A stretch of DNA of 52,930 nt from a virus (lineage: Duplodnaviria > Caudoviricetes): positions 1-52,930 of IMG/VR virus record IMGVR_UViG_3300024305_000003; one strand, given 5' to 3'. A model generated the notes under the pieces. That model made no database searches. It saw only the letters and a program-made list of their open reading frames with translations, and was not told the origin of the DNA. Positions 36,950-47,100 of this stretch are shown here, one piece after another. Both the position numbers and the translations under genes were made by a program. Numbering within the stretch: position 1 is the stretch's first letter; every line of letters starts with the position of its first letter.

Positions 36950-38568
36950 AGCTGGCCTTCGCGGGATTCCGCGGCGAGATGCCTATCGTCGACGAGCGCC
37001 TCCTGCCCGAGCAGAACGCTCAGGTGGCGCGCAATGTCTACCTGCGGCGCGGCACGCTCAAGCCAGAGCGCGCACCGGGCCCGATTACTGGTCTGCCGAA
37101 CGTCATCGCGCCGTCTTCGCTGTACCGCTATCCGAACGGCAACAATGGCGCCGGCTACTGGATGGTCTGGGGCGGCGGCAAGCGCGTGCACGCGGTGAAG
37201 TCGCCGCTGGCGGATGACGCCTGGCAGCGCGTCTACTGGACGGGCGACGGGCCGCCGAAGATGGGCGGCATCGCCGAGATCACCGGCGGCGCTCAGCCGT
37301 ACCCCGCGCGCAGCTTTCGCCTGGGCATTCCCGCGCCCGCGAACGCGCCCGTGGTTTCCGCGCCATCTGATCGCGTCAGCGTAGAAGAGCACCCGCTGAC
37401 TGCGCTGCAAACGTCCTACGTGGTGACGATGGTCAGTCGCTTCGGCGAAGAGGGCCCACCCAGCTTCGCCAGCTCGCCGATCATCCGCTGGGACATGGTT
37501 GAGGGCGCGCCGGCTGGCGGGGCCGTGGTGCTGAGCCTGCCGGCCGTTCCCAGCGGGGCGCACGACATCATCACCAAGCGCATCTACCGCGCCGAGTCTG
37601 GCGTGTTCCAGCATGTAGGCGATGTGCCGGTTGCTCAAGGCTCATTCACCGACACGGTGCCGAGCGAAAGCATGGGCGTCTCGCTGCCGTCGCTGGAGTG
37701 GGACATGCCCGATGATCGCCTGACCGGGCTGACGGCGCTACCGGGCGGCTTTCTGGCTGGCTACTTCGGCAACACTCTGTGCTTCAGCGAGGCGTTCTAC
37801 CCGCACGCCTGGCCGATCGCCTACCAACTGGCGTTCAGCGAGGACGTGGTGGGCATCGCTGCAGTGGCCGGCGGTCTGGTGGTGGCCACCAACGGGCGTC
37901 CGCACATGATCACCGGCTCGTCGCCTGCAGCCATGGCCGACATGCACTTGGACGAGGACCAGCCCTGCGTTGCTGGCCGCTCGCTGGTGGATATGGGGGA
38001 ATACGCCGTCTATGCCTCGCCGAACGGCCTGGTGGCAGTCGGCGGCGGCTCTGCGCAGCTGCTGACCAAGGCGATGATCTCGCGGGAACAGTGGAAGGCG
38101 CTCAAGCCGGAAACCATCCACGCCTATCGCCATGACGGCCGCTACCTGGCGTTCTATGAGGGTGGCTGCTTCGCCTTCACGCCGGGCGAGGGGTTCGAGT
38201 TCTTCGGCGTGAGCGCGACCGCCGGCTGGTACGACCTGGCGAAAGATCAGCTGTGCCTGATCCAGGGGAATACCATCACCGCCTGGGGCACCGGCGACAC
38301 CATGACGCTGCGCTGGCGCTCGAAAGTGCATGAGGTCGCGCCAGGAAGTGGCGGATTTTCTTGCGCCAAGGTCATCGCGCGGCAGTACCCGGTCACGCTG
38401 CGGCTGATCGCAGACGGCGTGACCATGCTGGAGCTGCCTGTGGCCAGTCGCGATCTGTTCCGTTTGCCTGCAGGCTATGCGTTGTGCCGGGACTGGGAGG
38501 TCGAGGTGGAAGCCGCGCATGAGGTACAGTCCGTCCAGATCGCATCCTCGCCCAGCGAGATCGTTTAA
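36946..38568 (+). CDS. Tail tubular/nozzle-like structural protein
   Basis: 540 aa, beta-rich; FSEAFYPHAWP and YASPNGLV motifs. Confidence 0.6.
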   Translation: MKLAFAGFRGEMPIVDERLLPEQNAQVARNVYLRRGTLKPERAPGPITGLPNVIAPSSLYRYPNGNNGAGYWMVWGGGKRVHAVKSPLADDAWQRVYWTGDGPPKMGGIAEITGGAQPYPARSFRLGIPAPANAPVVSAPSDRVSVEEHPLTALQTSYVVTMVSRFGEEGPPSFASSPIIRWDMVEGAPAGGAVVLSLPAVPSGAHDIITKRIYRAESGVFQHVGDVPVAQGSFTDTVPSESMGVSLPSLEWDMPDDRLTGLTALPGGFLAGYFGNTLCFSEAFYPHAWPIAYQLAFSEDVVGIAAVAGGLVVATNGRPHMITGSSPAAMADMHLDEDQPCVAGRSLVDMGEYAVYASPNGLVAVGGGSAQLLTKAMISREQWKALKPETIHAYRHDGRYLAFYEGGCFAFTPGEGFEFFGVSATAGWYDLAKDQLCLIQGNTITAWGTGDTMTLRWRSKVHEVAPGSGGFSCAKVIARQYPVTLRLIADGVTMLELPVASRDLFRLPAGYALCRDWEVEVEAAHEVQSVQIASSPSEIV

Positions 38569-38588
38569 TCGCCTGCCGGGAGGCACCG

Positions 38589-39920
38589 ATGACCCCACGA
38601 CGCAAGACGCTGCCGGCGCTCTCGCCGAAAGCGCCGCCCGAGCTTCGACCGCTGTTTGCCGCCATGGCCGAGATCCTAGAGACGGGGGAGGGCGTGCGCG
38701 GCGACAAGCTCGACCGCAAGCTGACCCTGCGCGACCTGCTGGACGGCGGCCTGGCCAAGCTGCGGGTGCCGGGCAACCCTGACGGCGGCCTGACGCAGCC
38801 TGACGGCCCGCAGGACATGACTGTCCCACCGCGTCCGACCGGCTTCGCTGCCGACGGCAGCTTCTTCGGCATGATCCACCTGACCTGGGAGCGCCCGCAG
38901 GAGATCTACAACAACCACGCGCTCACCAATATCTACCGCAGCGAAGAGGACAACTTCGCCACTGCGCAGATCATCGGGCGCGAACCCGGGATGTTCTACA
39001 GCGACGTGGTGCGCGACGATGCGACCGTTGTCGATGACCCGCTGAACCTGCCGGGCTACTACTACTGGATCACCTTCAGCTCGACATCGGGCGTCGAGGG
39101 CGCGCCGAACTCGCCGAACGGCACCTTCGCTCAACCGCTCCCCGACGCCGCCTATTTGCTAGGGCAGTTGTCAGGCCAGCTAGGCGAGTCGCAGCTCGAG
39201 CAAGACCTGCGCGCCAGAATCGATCTAATCGACGGGATCGCTCCCGGCTCGGTCAATGCACGCATCGCCAACGAGCGAACCGAGCGCGTCGAGGGCGACA
39301 AGGCAACCGCGCAGCTGGTCACCACCCTGCAGACGACCGTATCAGGAAACACGGCGAGCATTCAGCAGCAAGCCACCAGCATCAACGGCCTGTCTGCGCA
39401 GTTCACTCTGAAGACGGACGTCAACGGCTATGTCGCAGGCTTCGGCGCCTACAACGACGGCAAGACGGCCGACTTCGCTGTGCTGGCCGATCGCTTCTGG
39501 ATTGCGCGACCCGGCGCTCCTTCTTCGGCGGTGAAGCCGTTCATGGTCATCAACGGGATGGTCTACATCGACAGCGCCTTTATCCGTGACGCCTCGATCC
39601 AGGAGGGCAAGCTGGGCCCGATCACCTTCGGCAAGCTGTTCGACAGTGCGGGCCGGCCCGTCACCACGCTCGCCGGCAAGCTGCGCGCCGACATGCTGGA
39701 CGTCGACAGCCTGCGCGTTGGAGACGCCAATATCGCCGGCGTGATCCAGTCCAGCGCCGTGAACAGCCTGGGGCAGCGCCGCTGGATTCTCGACAAGAAC
39801 GGCGGGCTGACACTCAACGGCTCTTCCAGCACCGGCCGCATGGAAGTGCGCGACAACGTGATCAAGGTGTTCGATTCAACTGGCCGGCTGCGCGTGCAGC
39901 TGGGAGATCTCACTGCATGA
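38589..39920 (+). CDS. Tail tip protein with DUF1983/gpJ-like C-terminal region
   Basis: KTDVNGYVAGFG...ADRFWI...PFMVINGMVYIDSAFIRDASI...RVQLG. Confidence 0.7.
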   Translation: MTPRRKTLPALSPKAPPELRPLFAAMAEILETGEGVRGDKLDRKLTLRDLLDGGLAKLRVPGNPDGGLTQPDGPQDMTVPPRPTGFAADGSFFGMIHLTWERPQEIYNNHALTNIYRSEEDNFATAQIIGREPGMFYSDVVRDDATVVDDPLNLPGYYYWITFSSTSGVEGAPNSPNGTFAQPLPDAAYLLGQLSGQLGESQLEQDLRARIDLIDGIAPGSVNARIANERTERVEGDKATAQLVTTLQTTVSGNTASIQQQATSINGLSAQFTLKTDVNGYVAGFGAYNDGKTADFAVLADRFWIARPGAPSSAVKPFMVINGMVYIDSAFIRDASIQEGKLGPITFGKLFDSAGRPVTTLAGKLRADMLDVDSLRVGDANIAGVIQSSAVNSLGQRRWILDKNGGLTLNGSSSTGRMEVRDNVIKVFDSTGRLRVQLGDLTA

Positions 39921-40273
39921 GCCACGGGCTGCGCGTCTGGAACAATCAGGGCCAGCTCAGGCTGGACACCCGAGATCGCACCATGCGGCTCACCAGTTCG
40001 ACCTACGTCGCCGGCCGTGAGCTTGCCGCGACAAGGACGCAAAGCTGGTTTCTTTCCCTGCCGGGTTTCAATCCCGCCGTGGATGGCGCGTTCTTGTCTG
40101 GCGCCGAAGCCGGCTATCTGGGCTACGACGGCCCGGACGTTGAGCTTGGCTTTCTCCCGGAGCTTGAGCCGGCCCCGGGCGGCGTTCAACTGATCTGGCG
40201 CGGTTATCCACAGTCGGGCTCCCGAACGATTTGGTACATGGGGGTTTATGTCATGGTACTGAGGGCGAGCTGA
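39917..40273 (+). CDS. Tail-tip accessory protein
   Basis: HGLRVWNNQGQLRLD motif, typical downstream of J-like genes. Confidence 0.55.
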   Translation: MSHGLRVWNNQGQLRLDTRDRTMRLTSSTYVAGRELAATRTQSWFLSLPGFNPAVDGAFLSGAEAGYLGYDGPDVELGFLPELEPAPGGVQLIWRGYPQSGSRTIWYMGVYVMVLRAS

Positions 40274-40974
40274 TGGCGTTCGGATTCAAAGCGGTGAATG
40301 ACGATCGTGTCGTTCAGATAGATAATGCCTATCCGGTGCTGCAGCTTGGCGAGTTCGGCAGCGGCGCGGCCAACACCGACATCTACTTTTCACGCACCTA
40401 CCGGACGACAGAGCCGCCCTGGCTGTTCATGCGCGGCGGAGGTGGCGGCTTCCTGATGGGCGTGAAGTTCATCGGCGGCCCAGGAAGCTGGATCGGGTTC
40501 CGCTTCCATGCGAGCGGGGATGTGCACCACAACCACGGGCTTGCCGGGCGAAACCATGGCGTGTGGCAGTTCATGGTTGGCGAGTGGGGAGTCCACTACT
40601 CGAGCGACAAGTACGGACTGCGAATCTGGGGGTCAAACGGCCAGCTGCTCTATGATGCCGGCGTGCGCTTCATCAGCATGAAATACCAGTTCCAGCAGTG
40701 GCGGTACCGATCGCGCCATTCGGACAATGGCTGGCTGTTCTACCATCACTTCCTGACGCTGCCGGCCGATGCGTCGCTGGCAGATCCAGACAACTACCTG
40801 CTGGTCAACCCCATGGTCCGCGAGCGCTTCAACGTGCCAGGCGGTGACAGCACAAGCTTTCGCAAGGTCGGGCCGTTTACCGGCGGCGAAGTGCTGCATG
40901 TCACGCGATCGATGTACCGAAACTTCGAGATCACCTACATCCAGCCAGGAATCATAGGCCGGGCCAGCCTGTAG
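40273..40974 (+). CDS. Tail-tip accessory protein
   Basis: FGFKAVND...VQID and YGLRIWGSNGQLLYD motifs. Confidence 0.55.
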   Translation: MAFGFKAVNDDRVVQIDNAYPVLQLGEFGSGAANTDIYFSRTYRTTEPPWLFMRGGGGGFLMGVKFIGGPGSWIGFRFHASGDVHHNHGLAGRNHGVWQFMVGEWGVHYSSDKYGLRIWGSNGQLLYDAGVRFISMKYQFQQWRYRSRHSDNGWLFYHHFLTLPADASLADPDNYLLVNPMVRERFNVPGGDSTSFRKVGPFTGGEVLHVTRSMYRNFEITYIQPGIIGRASL

Positions 40975-41016
40975 GTTTGATATCCTTCCAGCGTCAATCA
41001 TTGTCGGGAGACAACG

Positions 41017-41490
41017 ATGCCACAGCCCAACGAGCGGGCGTTTCTTCAGCATGTGCTGAAGGACCACGCTGCCGCGATTCTCTTCTGCGAGGCGCTGTTC
41101 CGCGTCTCGCAAGTCCTCGATGACCTGATCGACGGCGACAAGCCCGTCACCAGCGATGCGATCTATCGCGCCTTCTGGGAAGCGATGATCGATATCCCCG
41201 GCAATGCCTTCTATCGCGCCCATGAGCCGATGCTGCGCCCGCTGATGGCGGCCGCCCTGCAGGACTGGCGCGACAGCGTGACACTTGAGCGTGACGGCGA
41301 TCGGCATGGCCGCACGCTGGCCTTCGTGCTGCGCGACCAACTGACCGGCCTGGTGGTGCAGTGCGCCGGCCTTGTTGGTGGGTTCGCCTGGATGCAGCAG
41401 GTGAGCGCCGACATTCGCCGGCACTTCCACGAAGACAAGCTGGACGACTACCTGAACGAGTTCCGCAGCGGAACCGAGGAGGCGCTATGA
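41017..41490 (+). CDS. Hypothetical helical protein with DDxxD motif
   Basis: QVLDDLIDGD; GGGAG RBS. Confidence 0.6.
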   Translation: MPQPNERAFLQHVLKDHAAAILFCEALFRVSQVLDDLIDGDKPVTSDAIYRAFWEAMIDIPGNAFYRAHEPMLRPLMAAALQDWRDSVTLERDGDRHGRTLAFVLRDQLTGLVVQCAGLVGGFAWMQQVSADIRRHFHEDKLDDYLNEFRSGTEEAL

Positions 41491-42164
41491 GCGGCGGCGG
41501 AGACAGCGACAACACCATCAAGGACACCCCCGAGCAGCGCTACGCGGCGCAGGTGGCTGCCGAGAAGTGGAACTTCGCCCAGAGCAAGCTGGCCCCGCTG
41601 GAAGACCAGTACATGGCCAACGTCGAAGATATGGATTCGGCGGGACGCATGGGCTACATCCGCGGCCAGACCAATCAGGCGTCGATGGATAACCTGAACC
41701 AGGGGCTGCAGCAGATCAATGCGCAACTGGGCCAGGCCGGCATCAACCCCAACAGCGGCCGCTGGCTGGGCACCCAGGCCGATTTTGCCGAGCAGAACGC
41801 ACAGCAGGGCGGCGAGACCATGGGGCGGGCGCAGTTCCAGCAGGCAGCCGAGCAGGTCAAGGGGCTGCAGAACATCGTCGCCATGGGCTCCGGCGAGTCG
41901 ACCCAGGCACAGGCCGGTTTGAGCGATATTGCCGCGACGTCTGCTGCCGACGCGCGCAGCGACGCCGCCAATAACTTCAACCGGCGCAGCGCCAACCTGC
42001 AGTTGCTGGGTGCTGCCGCCGGCGCCGCGGCCAACTACGGGATGAACAAATTCAGCGGCGCCGCGCCCTCGGCCGGGACAAGCCCGAGCGTGGGCCTGTC
42101 CGGCTTCGACAATGGCTACGGGCTCAGCAGCGGCTCGCTCAACGGCATGAAGTACGGGAGCTGA
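41487..42164 (+). CDS. Putative ejection/internal virion protein
   Basis: MSGGG start; Q/A/G-rich. Confidence 0.55.
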   Translation: MSGGGDSDNTIKDTPEQRYAAQVAAEKWNFAQSKLAPLEDQYMANVEDMDSAGRMGYIRGQTNQASMDNLNQGLQQINAQLGQAGINPNSGRWLGTQADFAEQNAQQGGETMGRAQFQQAAEQVKGLQNIVAMGSGESTQAQAGLSDIAATSAADARSDAANNFNRRSANLQLLGAAAGAAANYGMNKFSGAAPSAGTSPSVGLSGFDNGYGLSSGSLNGMKYGS

Positions 42165-42166
42165 CC

Positions 42167-42595
42167 ATGGCAGTCTACGTTGACGCAGGCGAGGCATTCC
42201 TCGGCGACCAGGGCGCATCCAAGGTGCTCGGCCAGCTGTACCGGGCGCAGTGGGATGACTGGAAGACACGATTCAGCCCCTACATCGACCAGCTGGCGGA
42301 TCTGGCCAGCGACAAATCCTATGCCGCAGGGCAGGGGGCGAACGCTGCTGCCGCCGTGAACACCAGCTACGCCAACACGGCGCAGGGCCTGCAAACCCAG
42401 CGGGCCGGCATGGGTATCAACCTGACCGAGGCACAAATGACCGCCGAGCAGCGGCAGCTCTCGCTGGGCCAGGCTGCAGACGGCGCCTCGGCCTATAACG
42501 CCGCGAAAATCTCGGCGCGCGACATGCAGGACCAGATCCTGGCCGGCGGCTTCGGCCTGTCCAACCTTCCCACCACCGGCCAGCAGCAGGGGTAA
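42167..42595 (+). CDS. Putative internal virion protein
   Basis: A/Q-rich, 142 aa. Confidence 0.5.
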   Translation: MAVYVDAGEAFLGDQGASKVLGQLYRAQWDDWKTRFSPYIDQLADLASDKSYAAGQGANAAAAVNTSYANTAQGLQTQRAGMGINLTEAQMTAEQRQLSLGQAADGASAYNAAKISARDMQDQILAGGFGLSNLPTTGQQQG

Positions 42596-42600
42596 GCACC

Positions 42601-42852
42601 ATGTCCTACGGATTACTCGGCCTGAAAAACCAGATGCAAGGCGAGGCGCTCCAGGGCCTGCAGGATCTGGACAAGCAACAGCAGCAGAACCGGATGTTCA
42701 AGGAGCAGGCCGATCAGCAGCAGAAGTCGCAGCGCAAGCAGTCGCAGGTCGGCATGGCCACCAGCGGCGCGATGATGGGCGCCACCGTAGGCGGCCCGGT
42801 AGGTGCAGTGATCGGCGGCGTCGCAGGACTGGTAGCCGGCTCGTTCATGTAA
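42601..42852 (+). CDS. Small glycine-zipper membrane-active protein
   Basis: GAMMGATVGGPVGAVIGGVAGLVAG. Confidence 0.55.
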   Translation: MSYGLLGLKNQMQGEALQGLQDLDKQQQQNRMFKEQADQQQKSQRKQSQVGMATSGAMMGATVGGPVGAVIGGVAGLVAGSFM

Positions 42853-42888
42853 CAGCGCCTTCGGGCACACATATTGCCGGGAGGCAAC

Positions 42889-44130
42889 ATGGCAGGACTA
42901 GATACCCGCGGGGCCTTCGACGGCTTCGTGCAGGGCTTCAACATGATGGACGCCTATAACCACCGCAAGGCGTCCAGTGCTCGCGCCGACCAGGCGCTAC
43001 AGATGCAGCAGCGCGGCCTCGAGATGCGCGAGCAGGAGTTTGCCGCGCAGCAGGAAGGCCGTCAGAAAGAGCAGGATCAGCAGCAGATCGCCCAGTTCTA
43101 CACGGGCTGGGCCAGCGGCATCGAGGCGCCCATCACGCCAGAGCTCGAGCAGGCCTTCGCGCGCAACAAGCTGGCGGACCCTCGCCACCTGTTTCGCCCG
43201 GAAACCGAAGCGGCCGTGCAGTACGCCGACAAGCTGGCCGGCGGCGAAGGCTCGCTGTTCAGCCAGCAGACCGTCGACGCCATGAACGACTTCTACGCGC
43301 CCCGGGTGAACCGCGGCAACGGCGGCAAGAAGCGTCTGGCTGGCATGTACCCCGGGCAGAAGGAAGGCTCGTTCGTGTTCGAACTGGAAGTCGAGGACGA
43401 GCAGGGCAACAAGCGCCTAGCACCGATGACGGTGAACCGCGGCCTGGAAGGAGAAGACGACGAGGTCGCGCAGTACGAGATCGATCAGGCGATCGCTCCG
43501 GTGATGGGGGCGAAATCGATCTACCAGGCGCTCGGCCAGAACCGCGAAAAGATGCTGGGCTACCTGCGCAGTTCCGGGTACCTGCCCAAGGAAGCCGAGA
43601 AGTGGGAGCTGGTCGAAGGTCCGGACGGCGCAATCCTTCAGCGCAATGCGGCGACCGGTAAAATGGAGAGCGTCGTCGGTCGAAAGTCAGTCGGTGCCGG
43701 CGGAGCTTACGCGCCGAGCAGCGACGTGAAGACCCTCGAGTACCTGAAAGCCAACGGCATGAGCGACCAGCAGGCCCGCGACGAACTGGTGCGCCTCAAG
43801 CGAGGCGGAAGCGACAGCAGCATCAGCGCAGGCGATCGCTACCGGGTGGACTACCTCACCAGCCAGATCAAGGAAATCGACTCTCAGCTTGAAGCGTTCC
43901 CGGATGCGGATACCGAGGCTGCATTGCGTCAGCAGCGCGCGGAACTGATCCAGGCTCGCGAAGGAATGGCTCAGCAGCTCGGCCTGGTCGGCGCGCCTGA
44001 GCCGGCGCAGCAGGCAGAACAGCCCGCAGCGCAAGCCTCATCGTCCGCGCCGAAGGTGGGGCAGGTGGAAGACGGCTACGAATTCCTCGGTGGCGATCCT
44101 GCCAGCCCGGAAAACTGGAGGAAGAAGTAA
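42889..44130 (+). CDS. Putative ejection protein
   Basis: Starts MAGLDTRG after a GGAGG RBS; precedes the giant protein. Confidence 0.55.
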   Translation: MAGLDTRGAFDGFVQGFNMMDAYNHRKASSARADQALQMQQRGLEMREQEFAAQQEGRQKEQDQQQIAQFYTGWASGIEAPITPELEQAFARNKLADPRHLFRPETEAAVQYADKLAGGEGSLFSQQTVDAMNDFYAPRVNRGNGGKKRLAGMYPGQKEGSFVFELEVEDEQGNKRLAPMTVNRGLEGEDDEVAQYEIDQAIAPVMGAKSIYQALGQNREKMLGYLRSSGYLPKEAEKWELVEGPDGAILQRNAATGKMESVVGRKSVGAGGAYAPSSDVKTLEYLKANGMSDQQARDELVRLKRGGSDSSISAGDRYRVDYLTSQIKEIDSQLEAFPDADTEAALRQQRAELIQAREGMAQQLGLVGAPEPAQQAEQPAAQASSSAPKVGQVEDGYEFLGGDPASPENWRKK

Positions 44131-47100
44131 TGGCGGGGCCTTGGGAGAAGTACCAGCAGCAGCCTGCCATCGAACAGACAGCGCCAGGGCAGGCGGGGCC
44201 GTGGGCCAAGTATCGGGCCGCCGAGCCGGCAAACGATGCGCCGGCCGAGGCGGCAGGCGAGCAGGGTGGCATCCAGGCCGCTGACTTCGGCAAGGAACTG
44301 GCCGGCGGGGCGCTGATTGGCACCGGCTCTGTCGTAAGCGGCTTTGGCGACCTGCTGACAACGGCAGGTGGGGCGATTGAGCGCGGCGCACGCGCGGTCC
44401 TGCCAGGTGGCACAGTCGACGCACTGAAGAGCATCCCCGCACCAAGCGACCTGCTGTTTCGCCCGGCGGGCCGGCAGATCGAGGCGGCGGGCAAACAGGT
44501 CCAGGCCACCAAAACCGATGCGGCCAAGCAGGCACTGGAAGCCAGCACCCCGCAAGGCGACGTGCTCGACCCGTCCAGCTGGAGCATGGGTGACGATCCG
44601 TCCTTGGTCGGCTACGGGCTGCATGGCGCGAACCTGGTCGGCCAGTTTGTGCCGCAGGCTGCCGCACTCGCCATTCCGGGCGGGCAGGCGCGCATGACCG
44701 GCATGGCCGGCATCGGCGGGCTACAGGCGGGCGGCTCGGCAGGCAACGAAGTCGAGCAGCGCCTTGCGGCCATCCCGGACGCTGAGTTGCAGCAGGTGTC
44801 CGACCTCTACCGCGAGCTTCGCGCGGGCGGCGTGGAAGAGGCGGATGCCCGCGCCCATGTTTCTGCTACCGCACGCGCTGCCGCCTTCCAGGGCGCGGCT
44901 CCGGCTGGCGCTCTGGGCGGCGCAATGACGAACTACGCACTGGGCCCACTACAACGCCAGATCGGCGGCGGCGTCGGTCGACGACTGGCAGGCGGCTTGC
45001 TGCTGGATGCGCCTGCCGAAGGCGCGCAGGAGGTGAGCGAAGCCGTTGCTGCACGGGCGGCGACGAACAGGGCCATCGGCGAACAGCGCGACCTGACCGA
45101 AGACACCTTCGGCGATGCAGTGCTTGGCGCGATGGGTGGCGCTGGTCACGCGACACTTGGCGCGGCGCTGGGCCGCCCGCAGCCGCAGGCGCGCCCTGCC
45201 GAACCTGCTGCTGAAGCCGACGCTACGTTCGACGATACCCCCCAGACCGCGGCGCTGCCGGCGCCGGGGCTGCAGGGCCTGCCCTCGCCCGAGCCGACCT
45301 TCTTCGCCGACCGCCAGGGCAACGTCCAAGACGTCGGCCCGGTGCGCAACGTCGACGGCCAGATGCAGCCAGCCCCGCAGGGGCGCCAGTGGGTCAATCC
45401 GCGCAACCGCGCTGATCGCCCGGTGGGTGGCGAAGGCATGGAGCGCCAGGTGCCACGGGGCGAGCCGGCGCCACTCGAGGGTCAGTTTCAGCACGGGAGC
45501 CGCCAGCGGGTAGCCGAAGCCGCCACGCAGAAGGGCCGGACCCTGGAAGGCGAAACCCAGCAGGCAGCCTTGCCGCAGCCCGAGGCTATCGTGGTCGACG
45601 GCCAGGGCAATGCGCAGCGTGGCGCCACGGCGCCGCAGACATTCGAGCGCCCCCTGGCGGGCGGCCGCGGCATGGACCAGCAGGCGCCAACCGCCATTCG
45701 CCGCGAGGATGACTTCGTGATCCTGACCCGCGCCACAGGCGAGCCGTTCCAGGCGCACGGCGCAGCGAAGGCCAGCAAGGCGTTCCGCGAAGCCAAGAGG
45801 GCAGGCCGTAACCCGACGGTCGCCAAGGTCGATGGCGGCTTTGCCGTGCGCGTGCCGGCAGATCCGAAGCGTTACCAGATGCGCCCCGTCGATCAGGCGG
45901 CACATGAGGCGGCGACTTCGCCTAGCAACGACCTGCCTGCCCCTACGCCTGCGCAGATCGAGGCCGGTAACTACAAGAAGGGCCGTGTTCGGGTGCAGGG
46001 GCTGGACATCTCCATCGAGAATCCGCGAGGCTCCGAGCGCAGCGGCACCGGGCCGGACGGCACGCCGTGGCGCCGCACCATGAGCGACCACTACGGCTAC
46101 ATCAAGCGCACCACCGGCGCCGACGGCGAGCAGGTGGATGTCTATGTGGGGCCGCAAGAGGACAGCGATCAGGTGTTCGTGGTCGACCAGATCAACCAGC
46201 AGGATGGCAGCTTCGATGAGCACAAGGCCATGCTGGGCTATCCCGACCAGGCGACTGCGCTGCAGGCGTACAGCGCCAACTTCGACAAAGGCTGGAAGGT
46301 GGGGCCGGTCACCGCCATGCCGGTGGCCGAGTTCAAGTCGTGGCTGAAAGGCGGGGCGCTTTCCAAGCCTCTCGCACTGCCGAGCCCGATCGTCCAGCCG
46401 GCGGCGGCCGCTGCGCCGCAGAAGCCGCAGGAAAAGTCCAAGCCGAAGGGCGCACGGCGCGCCGTGGACCGAGACCGCGATAGCGTCGTGCAGGCAGCCA
46501 TCCGGCTCGGCGGCATCACCAATCGATGGAAGCAGGACACCACCGGCGACACCAAGGGCAACAAGAGCATCCCGGGCATTGGCGCGCTCTGGAGCGACGT
46601 TACCGGGACCAGCCTGGATGACATGGCGTCGCTGCTCGACCAGCACGGCTACGTGCCTGCCGGCGAGATGGATCGGGACGGCGGCGTGAGCTGGCTGCAG
46701 GACGCGCTGCGTGACGAGCTCGCTGGCCGAAAGACCCACTATGCGCCAGACTCTGCCCGGCAGCTGGAGCAATACGAGCTGGAGATGCTCGACCGCATCA
46801 ATGAACAGCTGGCGGCCGAGCGCGACTTGCGCGAAGCTGAATATGCACGCATCGAGGCCGAGCATGGCCCTGAAGCCGCTGCTGATGCGCGCTCGTTCGA
46901 CGAGATGGCCATCGCTCGCAGCGAACAACTTGATGGAGCCCTGGAAGATGCCCAAACAGACCCCGACACCTACGTCGACGGAGAGCCCGTTGACGAAGCT
47001 GCAGCCGCCCGCCGTGACGACGAAATTCGGCAAGCTGATGAGCGAGAAGATCGCGCTGCAGGAGAAGATCCTGGCACGGCGTTCGACCTCGAGCAGCAAA

